A DNA stretch of 53,475 nucleotides from a virus (Duplodnaviria; Caudoviricetes): positions 1 to 53,475 of the IMG/VR virus record IMGVR_UViG_3300028388_004078; one strand, given 5' to 3'. Positions within the stretch are counted from its first letter, which is position 1. The number at the start of each line of letters is the position of its first letter. Shown here one piece after another: positions 46,333-53,475 of this stretch. The translations under genes were made by a program, and so were the position numbers. Under the pieces are notes generated by a model that did not search any database, had not been told where the DNA came from, and saw only the letters and a list, made by a program, of their open reading frames with translations.

Positions 46333-46471
46333 TGGAATTGATCACTCTTGGCGGCGCCATCGGCGTCATCATGAGCACGCCAAACCTTTTCTCGGCATTT
46401 TTCTTCAAGGTCGTGCCCGCCATTTTGGGCTGCTTGATCGGCGCGTCCAAGCGCATCAACATGGGGTTGCT

Positions 46472-46918
46472 GTGACCGAGAAAAATCCTCTCATGGCGCT
46501 GGCAACCATCGCCTTTTGTCCGCCGGAGACTCCGGCAGACGCCCTGCGTTACATTGCGCAGGAGGCGTTACGCGACCTGTATCCGGAGCTAATGGACCGG
46601 ATACCGACCGGAAAGATGGTTCACTATCTCAAATGTGACGCCAAGAGGTGCATGCACCTCGAAGTTCATCCGGCATTGACATGGGATATGGTGGACAAGC
46701 CGTGCCCAAGCTGTGGCGAGAACCTGCTGACGCAGGCCGATGCAGAAGCATACCCCTACATGGAAGGAGCGCGCCCCCGCGAACATTGTCCCTTCCATCC
46801 AGACTATGTTGGACTGCACGAATGGCCTGCACCATCCGAGCCATGTCCTGTATGCGGGGTGAAAGGTGGTCCGCTTGATATAGATGAAATCAACGAGAAG
46901 TGTGTGGACAAGCCCTGA
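46472..46918 (+). CDS. Cys-rich zinc-finger protein (start uncertain)
   Basis: CDA..C, CPSCGENLLT, CPVCG. Confidence 0.55.
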   Translation: MTEKNPLMALATIAFCPPETPADALRYIAQEALRDLYPELMDRIPTGKMVHYLKCDAKRCMHLEVHPALTWDMVDKPCPSCGENLLTQADAEAYPYMEGARPREHCPFHPDYVGLHEWPAPSEPCPVCGVKGGPLDIDEINEKCVDKP

Positions 46919-47265
46919 TTCGGCGGTTCAGAAGGTTCTGGCGCATATCTCTGACCTTTATATCGAAAGCGCTCGACGTGGTGGCAGGAAACAACCGCAA
47001 CGAATACACTACGTTTGCTTCGAACTTTAGGTCTGCCAGCTACACAGACAGCGGGACGTGGTGATTTTTTCCACGCTCTCGTGGGTCTCCGAGACGATCC
47101 ACGCATGCTTTTACGGATACCTCGCCTCGTTCTGGAGGACGTTGCGATGGGTTTCAATTAAGTGCGTAACGGCTGCCTGAAACTGTCATTCCTTGTATAC
47201 AATCTTGTAAGAGGTTGACACCTGATTCTAACTGCTGTAGTATACACGAGACAACCATAGGAGGT

Positions 47266-47613
47266 ATGGCAGTGCCAAAAACTGAGATTGACTACGAATC
47301 TTTTTGTGGAAAGGTTGAGTTTGCCGTTGCCACCTTGAATAAAGGTGTCATACCTGACATGAAAGATTGTCGGTATGATATTGTCCGACTTGAAGAAGGT
47401 GGGCTATTCCACATTTGCCTGATCCGTGCAATTGGATCAGATAGGCCAACATTTCATATTGCACGCATACTGATGGGGGCATTTTATCCGGATATGTCCA
47501 AAGAGGAATTCATGGCTCTTTCGGATCACGTAGTTTCTGGAAGAACGAGCATTGAAGCCTTCGATGCAATTCCTATTCACGTTTTGTATGAATTCTTCTG
47601 TGTGCCGAAATGA
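47266..47613 (+). CDS. Hypothetical protein
   Basis: TTGACA promoter and AGGAGG RBS. Confidence 0.6.
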   Translation: MAVPKTEIDYESFCGKVEFAVATLNKGVIPDMKDCRYDIVRLEEGGLFHICLIRAIGSDRPTFHIARILMGAFYPDMSKEEFMALSDHVVSGRTSIEAFDAIPIHVLYEFFCVPK

Positions 47614-47876
47614 CCTGTAAAGACTGCCGATTTTCCGAGAAGACGGAGGTCGATGAAACTTCGACTGAGTTCACAAATGCGCTGCAAGAAATGGCGTTTT
47701 TCATTGCCGCACAGGTCGGTGCGCTAAACCCGTATTCGGGAGACATCAAACCGTCGCAAAAAGATTGCATAGAGAGGCTTGCTCGCCGGGAGTTGCTTGG
47801 GGATATGATGTGTCACCGGTTTCCAAAAGCGGTTGCTGTTGAGCCTGACCACTGGTGCGGGGAGTTCTCTGAGTGA
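47610..47876 (+). CDS. Small Cys-containing protein
   Basis: CKDCRF..CHRFP..WCGEF. Confidence 0.65.
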   Translation: MTCKDCRFSEKTEVDETSTEFTNALQEMAFFIAAQVGALNPYSGDIKPSQKDCIERLARRELLGDMMCHRFPKAVAVEPDHWCGEFSE

Positions 47877-48199
47877 CGTGGAATCTGTTTCTGGATGATG
47901 AGCGACAACCGCCTCGCGATGGGCGGGAGTGGAAGATTGCACTAACCCACCAAGACGTTGTGGACCTTATTGACGAGCACGGAATGCCTGTGTATGTCAG
48001 TTTTGATCATGACCTCGGGGACCTGATTCCAAACGGGGACGGCTATCAGGTTGCCAAGTATCTGTGCGATTTGGACATGTTCACGGACTACAAATTCCCG
48101 GATGACTTTGATTTCTACGTGCATTCGCAAGACCCGGTTGGTACTGAGAACATCCGCGACTACATGAGAAACTATTTGAAGTTACGGATTCGGGAATGA
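47873..48199 (+). CDS. Cyclic-phosphate-processing receiver domain protein
   Basis: LFLDDER.P, SFDHDLG, VHS..PVG motifs. Confidence 0.8.
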   Translation: MTWNLFLDDERQPPRDGREWKIALTHQDVVDLIDEHGMPVYVSFDHDLGDLIPNGDGYQVAKYLCDLDMFTDYKFPDDFDFYVHSQDPVGTENIRDYMRNYLKLRIRE

Positions 48200-48453
48200 A
48201 GCTGACACGCGCACAGCAGAAGTGGTTGCATAAGCTCCGCACACATGGCTTCGTTGAGCGCGGGGGTTGGGGACGCGGGCAGAGAAATCGCCCGCTGTTT
48301 GCTCTTGTCGAGAAGGGGCTGGCAGTGTATGGTTATGGTCCAGAGGGATCCGCTCTCAAGGTAGAGGGGTTCGCGCCAGTGGGCGATCACCCTGTTCGGA
48401 AGCCGATCTCTGAAACCCTAACGTCCGCGATTACGTTCTTGAACGGACATTGA
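48196..48453 (+). CDS. Hypothetical protein
   Basis: ATGA coupling. Confidence 0.55.
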   Translation: MKLTRAQQKWLHKLRTHGFVERGGWGRGQRNRPLFALVEKGLAVYGYGPEGSALKVEGFAPVGDHPVRKPISETLTSAITFLNGH

Positions 48454-48541
48454 ACACTTTGGAAGGATTTACGAATGGGCTTGACACGGGGTACGGAGCC
48501 CGTGTAGTGCTGGGGTGTTGGATAACAGAAGGAGACAACAC

Positions 48542-48973
48542 ATGAGAATCTTGGCCATTTTAGTGGCAATCAGCCTGACCTACGCTGTACCTGCCCAAGC
48601 CACACAGGGCGGGAATGGGAACAACTGGTGGTTGTACGAACCCGTACCCGGCCCGCAGGGTGATCCCGGACCAAAAGGACCAAAGGGCGACACAGGACCA
48701 AAAGGGGAAAAAGGGAATGATGGAAGGGATGGCCGCGACGCAGACGAGAGAGCATTGGCTTCTGTGGCTGGCTTGGCCTCGATCCACTTCCAAGACCTCC
48801 ATGAGGGCCAGTGGGGCGGCGCAATTGCTCTTGCCGGAGTTGACGACAACGTCTCCGTTGCTTTCGGCGTGAACTACGGCATTGCGGAACAGTCCGACTT
48901 CTACATGTCGGTCTCACAGTCACTAGACGGTGGACCGGTCGCGTGGAACGTTGGCATCAATTTCTCGTTCTGA
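48542..48973 (+). CDS. Collagen-repeat protein with YadA-like membrane anchor
   Basis: Signal peptide, ten Gly-X-Y triplets, helix plus four beta strands ending GINFSF. Confidence 0.75.
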   Translation: MRILAILVAISLTYAVPAQATQGGNGNNWWLYEPVPGPQGDPGPKGPKGDTGPKGEKGNDGRDGRDADERALASVAGLASIHFQDLHEGQWGGAIALAGVDDNVSVAFGVNYGIAEQSDFYMSVSQSLDGGPVAWNVGINFSF

Positions 48974-49032
48974 GACTAAGTCCTTACGCGGGTTGTCCGC
49001 GTAAGGACATCACAAACTGGAACGGAGGCGAT

Positions 49033-49233
49033 ATGTACGATCCTATTGGTATCAGCGAGATGTTCTACAAAGAGTTCGACCCTGTGGGCAACGAATGGAA
49101 CATCTACGAAGTAGATTCCGTCATATCGGACGGCGTGACTCACGACAATCTTCTGACCACGTGCCACGAAGAATGGGAGGCTGATCGCGTTCTTTACGCG
49201 CTGATCTTCTGTTACGAGGAAGTTCGGTCATGA
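49033..49233 (+). CDS. Small acidic protein
   Basis: GGAGG RBS. Confidence 0.5.
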   Translation: MYDPIGISEMFYKEFDPVGNEWNIYEVDSVISDGVTHDNLLTTCHEEWEADRVLYALIFCYEEVRS

Positions 49234-49970
49234 AAATGCAGGCGCTGATTGACTACCTGAAAGAGCACGGCACATTTCGATTCCATGCAGCGGAAAATTG
49301 GAGGTATCACCCGTACCCAATGTATAAGGCAATCGCCCAAGCTGACAGTTTGGGCCTCGTAAAGCTGCGTCTTATCGAGGAACGGGAAGAAGGGATAACG
49401 CCTTTGTACATTGAGGCAACGCTGGCTTCCCTAGACAATTCACCGCTCAAAGAAAGTCCGGACCCAGCCGAACAGTTGCGAGCACTTGCCGATGATACTG
49501 TTGCGACAACTTCCGCATATCGCCACGATTTGAGGCGCGCCGCCGATCTGATCGACCAGATGCGCGCGGCATTGGAGCCGTTCGTGTACGCCTACCGGGA
49601 TACGAATTCGGGATTCGGTATTGACGCGGCGACGATGTACAAGACCGCCAACCACATGAGCCAGTACCTCAAGGCAACTGACTACGCCGTGGCCCATGAG
49701 GCCCTATATGGGCGCGCGTGGTCCCGAGAACTCGACATTGAAAACCATCCGGAGAAATGGGAAGTAGGTCAGGAGGTTGAGTGGGTTCGCGGGGATGGGT
49801 ACGGTTATACTTATCCCGGTCTGAAAGGGGTAGTCGTGCGCTTGTCAGAGGATTGTAAGACAAAGAAGCTTGGCGAATATCAAGTTTTTTGGTGCAGCCC
49901 CATTGAAAAAGACGGCAGCGTTGCAAAAGCAACATTTTGGACAACACCCGGAGACGTAAAACCATGTTGA
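49230..49970 (+). CDS. Hypothetical protein
   Basis: 246 aa, ATGA coupling. Confidence 0.6.
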   Translation: MKMQALIDYLKEHGTFRFHAAENWRYHPYPMYKAIAQADSLGLVKLRLIEEREEGITPLYIEATLASLDNSPLKESPDPAEQLRALADDTVATTSAYRHDLRRAADLIDQMRAALEPFVYAYRDTNSGFGIDAATMYKTANHMSQYLKATDYAVAHEALYGRAWSRELDIENHPEKWEVGQEVEWVRGDGYGYTYPGLKGVVVRLSEDCKTKKLGEYQVFWCSPIEKDGSVAKATFWTTPGDVKPC

Positions 49971-50348
49971 ATTGGAGCGCACCGGGACCGCCAGACGGCA
50001 ACGTCCCGCCTACGGATGAACGATAGATGTCTGTTCATGACACAATCGTTTCATGTATGGCGAAACGGCACGATGTAATGTGCATTTGTTGTACTGCCCA
50101 GCAGGCGGAACATGAAGCTTATCAATTTGCCAGCGCACATACGCCGCTCGAATTGAAAAGAAACCCATATACGCTGTTTTAGGAAGACACACACGTTATA
50201 TTTCGTCATGGATGGGAAACGCATAGGTTGTATGGTTTCAAAGGCTACATTTTCATCCATTGGGATACAAATGTAATGCAAATGTCACCACATACTTACG
50301 ACCAATACCGAGAGTGTCGATCTTTTATTGACTACAGGAACACACGCT

Positions 50349-50831
50349 ATGGAATGGACAGAACCTCGCGCGCCTGATGGCGCTAATTCTTATTACGACC
50401 ATGTAGAAACTGATACACCTTTCGGCGTAATCAGAATCGAGTGGAAAGAGGATGACAGCAACCCTGATGGCTTGTCTATCAGCTACGATTGCACCCTGCC
50501 GTGGAATAATCCAGACGGCAGTACCGTGTTCGTCAGCGAAGACAGCCTCGAATATGCGAAGATTCGTGTCAAGGAAGAATTCGCAAAACTGGCGGCGCGT
50601 CTGGTGGCAACGCCTGTCATGCGGCACAAAGTCCGCTGGGACATACAAAAGCGCTGCCGTGCTGCCATCAAGCGGTATGATGCTGCTGTGGAAGAATGGA
50701 AAGACTTTACTCCGGTCGAGCGTGGTGGGTCTCCGATGGAGGCATGGGACGAGGCAATGAATGACGCAGAGGTTCAGCTACTTGACTCGATCCTAGATGT
50801 GATGCAGGATTACGGTGTAACGTTTCCCTAG
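50349..50831 (+). CDS. Hypothetical protein
   Basis: ORF starting MEWTEP. Confidence 0.6.
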   Translation: MEWTEPRAPDGANSYYDHVETDTPFGVIRIEWKEDDSNPDGLSISYDCTLPWNNPDGSTVFVSEDSLEYAKIRVKEEFAKLAARLVATPVMRHKVRWDIQKRCRAAIKRYDAAVEEWKDFTPVERGGSPMEAWDEAMNDAEVQLLDSILDVMQDYGVTFP

Positions 50832-50841
50832 TGGGGCAAAA

Positions 50842-51477
50842 ATGCAAAAGCACAAATATCCGAGAACGCCGCACCTGCCTTTTTCCTTGGGGGCAGCGCC
50901 AGATGACGTGTTTACGTCAATGAGTGCCTTTGAGGGAAAAGAGGTCGTTGTGACCTGTAAGATGGACGGTGAGAATTTCACCGGCTATTCTAACGGTGAA
51001 ACACATGCCCGCAGTATTGATGGGCGCACGCATTGGACGAGAGACTGGGCCAAGAACTATTGGTACCGCAGATCATTTCTATTACAGAACGGTTACCGAA
51101 TTTGCGCCGAAAATTTGTACGCACAGCATTCGATTACATACACGAACCTTTCGACGTATCTGCCACTGATTTCTGTGTGGGACAGAAAAAACATGTGCCT
51201 TTCGTGGAAAGACACGAAGGGGTGGGCGCTTAAACTGAACATGGACACGGTTCCCGTTCTATATATTGGACAGTGGGACGAAAAGAAAATACGTGAGCTA
51301 CATGCAGAAGGCCATGAGGGCTTCGTTGTTCGGGTCGCTGATGCATTCCACTACGATGACTTTTCTGCGAACGTGGCAAAGTTCGTCCGAGCCAACCACG
51401 TGACAACCAGTGATCATTGGATGCACGGGAAGATATACAAGAACGGTATTGACGAATCATCCGATTTCAGATATTAG
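50842..51477 (+). CDS. ATP-dependent RNA ligase
   Basis: KYPRTPHLP, motif I KMDGEN, EGFVVR, AKFVR. Confidence 0.9.
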   Translation: MQKHKYPRTPHLPFSLGAAPDDVFTSMSAFEGKEVVVTCKMDGENFTGYSNGETHARSIDGRTHWTRDWAKNYWYRRSFLLQNGYRICAENLYAQHSITYTNLSTYLPLISVWDRKNMCLSWKDTKGWALKLNMDTVPVLYIGQWDEKKIRELHAEGHEGFVVRVADAFHYDDFSANVAKFVRANHVTTSDHWMHGKIYKNGIDESSDFRY

Positions 51478-51965
51478 CATTTGGGTAACCTTGAGATAGG
51501 AGACCCACTATTATGCACAACAACCCCAACGTCAACACGCCAGCAATCCGGTCGGAGTTGATACATCATGGACATGATCCGGATAAGCCCAGCCTTCTCG
51601 CGGACGCGTTCCGTCCCGGTTGGCTTACCGCGCAGCCTGATTGGGAGAGGGCGCTGTATGGGATGCACTTGCGAGCACGGTGGTCTGGTCTGGACTGTTC
51701 TGAAACGAGATCGTGATGCGTAAATTCACAGGAGAACGGAATGGGTACGACCTGCCTACTTTGATCGTTACCCCGGAACCCCGAGGGCAATCTGGTGGGA
51801 GCAACAGCTTTTTGTCCTCATCCGTACGGAGAATGGGTTTTGGTGTGCGAACGCCAAGGGCTACACGCTTGAACCTGCTGACGCAGGCCACTACACCTTC
51901 ACAGAGGCCATGCGTTATGTCGATGGTCTGGGACCGGAAAAGCAAGCGAGATTGTGGGCAGTGAA

Positions 51966-52247
51966 ATGAATATCCCAAAACAAACCCGCAGGGACTTCTA
52001 TTTCTGGCTGGGCGAAGAAGGCACGCAGTTTTTTTCAAAGCTGTGGATCGACCACGGGGAAATACCACTTGTCCTCGAAGTTCCGGGCAAGTTTCCGCAC
52101 CCTATTCATTTCCGAGAGGGCGTGCAGGTTCGGAACTGGATGCGGGATAATACAGACCTGCCTGAGGAACAAGTTGAGAACAATTGGAGAGAATTTGTTC
52201 TCGAATGCCTCGGGCTTAGCCCTTGCGCCTCCGCCGAATCTGGGTGA
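51966..52247 (+). CDS. Hypothetical protein
   Basis: PHPIHFREG.QVRN. Confidence 0.6.
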   Translation: MNIPKQTRRDFYFWLGEEGTQFFSKLWIDHGEIPLVLEVPGKFPHPIHFREGVQVRNWMRDNTDLPEEQVENNWREFVLECLGLSPCASAESG

Positions 52248-52466
52248 TGTTGGGCCCCCACAGTACAGGAGGACACCATGAGAGACCCGGAATTCTTCGA
52301 TAGCATGGCCGAACTTGCGCGCCGTCTGGACATGACGCCGCAGGAGGTCATGGACATGCCCATCATCGCACTTGCTCGTGTGATGGCGTCGTCAGGCGTT
52401 AAAATGGGGTTGACACTCGTCAGCGAATCAGATATGTCTGAGAAACCTGAATGAAGGAGGAAACCC

Positions 52467-52901
52467 ATGGGATACTACACGAACTACACCGTTGAGACTG
52501 ACAGCGACAGCAGGCAAGCGGCAATCGACGCGGCTGCTGATCTCATAGAGCGCTCCAAGTACGGCGTCGATCTTACCGGCGCTACCAACTTCGAGGTCGA
52601 GGCCAAGTGGTATGAATGGGAGGAGGATGTCTCTGCCGTCAGCAAGGATCACCCCGGCGTCATCTTCTACATCTACGGTAAAGGCGAGGAAAGTGGCGAC
52701 ATCTGGAAGGCGTGGGCGCACAATGGAACTGTGTTCCAGTCCCAAGCAGAAATGACGTTCCACGAACCGCCGTGGCTGGCACAGGCCAAGAACGACGCGG
52801 GGGCGGTTGTTGCATCGCTGCACGAAGCGGAGAAGGAGGCGGCGATGCAGGCGGAGCTTGCAGAACTGGCCCGTCTCAAGGCGAAGTACGAGGGCAAGTG
52901 A
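52467..52901 (+). CDS. Hypothetical protein
   Basis: MGYYT..KWY..G.GEE..DIW. Confidence 0.7.
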   Translation: MGYYTNYTVETDSDSRQAAIDAAADLIERSKYGVDLTGATNFEVEAKWYEWEEDVSAVSKDHPGVIFYIYGKGEESGDIWKAWAHNGTVFQSQAEMTFHEPPWLAQAKNDAGAVVASLHEAEKEAAMQAELAELARLKAKYEGK

Positions 52902-53368
52902 TGCAACTCTTTCTTCGCATACCCCGCGTAGCTCAAGCCTTCGAATTCATGGTCATCGCCCACCGCCAACAGATGTATGGGTCTCGCCCATATTTCACGC
53001 ATCCCTTGGAGGTTGCGGAGATCGTGGCGACTGCACCGTGGACGGCGACCGAAGACGAGATCATTGCTGCCCTGCTGCATGACGTTATAGAAGACACGGA
53101 CAATACGGAAGTTGATATCTCAGACTTTTTTGGTGATAATGTCGCCAGAATTGTGGGGCTATTGACCAAAGACCCCGACCTCACATACGAAGACAATATC
53201 ATGCGAATTGTGCGCGGTGGAAGAATTGAAGCCGTCCGCGTCAAATGGGCAGACAACGTTGCTAACATGTCTGGCGACAAAAGTCACATGAGTTCTGCTC
53301 GCCGCGAGCGCCTGAACGAACAATATGCAAAAAGCTTCACAACGCTGTCCGCTGTTCTTGGTGTGTGA
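52901..53368 (+). CDS. HD-domain hydrolase, SpoT/Mesh1-like
   Basis: AH..Q, PYFTHP..VA, ALLHDVIEDT, VKWAD motifs. Confidence 0.88.
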   Translation: MQLFLRIPRVAQAFEFMVIAHRQQMYGSRPYFTHPLEVAEIVATAPWTATEDEIIAALLHDVIEDTDNTEVDISDFFGDNVARIVGLLTKDPDLTYEDNIMRIVRGGRIEAVRVKWADNVANMSGDKSHMSSARRERLNEQYAKSFTTLSAVLGV

Positions 53369-53475
53369 TGCCTGACCTTATTGGAGGGATCATTGGCAGT
53401 ATTTCAGTCCTGTTGCTGATCCTTCTATATAGGTATGCACCCGCACTGGAAAACGGTAATATAGAAAGGGAGACC

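Overview
53-kb segment of a large lytic tailed phage of alphaproteobacteria, phiCbK-like in organisation. A Rhodobacteraceae host is suggested by the tmRNA tag, the RcGTA-type head spike genes, an HvrA/H-NS-like gene and a tRNA-His lacking G-1. Left to right: (1) head module on the minus strand (spike fibre and base, decoration protein, major capsid, scaffold, portal); (2) an 18-kb minus-strand translation/RNA-repair island with about 37 tRNA or tRNA-like genes covering all 20 amino acids, a two-piece tmRNA, three Y-RNA-like RNAs beside a helical+TerD protein and a Pol-beta nucleotidyltransferase, Pth2, HNH genes and pseudogenes, and long structured intergenic RNAs; (3) a GC-rich early region (about 25.4-33.5 kb, probably the collapsed long terminal repeat) with GANTC-containing promoters, three perfect parS sites, H-NS and four copies of an unrecognised promoter-driven small RNA; (4) terminase and resolvase genes, a repeat-rich putative origin, and plus-strand accessory genes (RNA ligase, HD hydrolase, mini autotransporter). 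All calls come from reading motifs by eye; no database search was run. Several single-base frameshifts may be sequencing errors.
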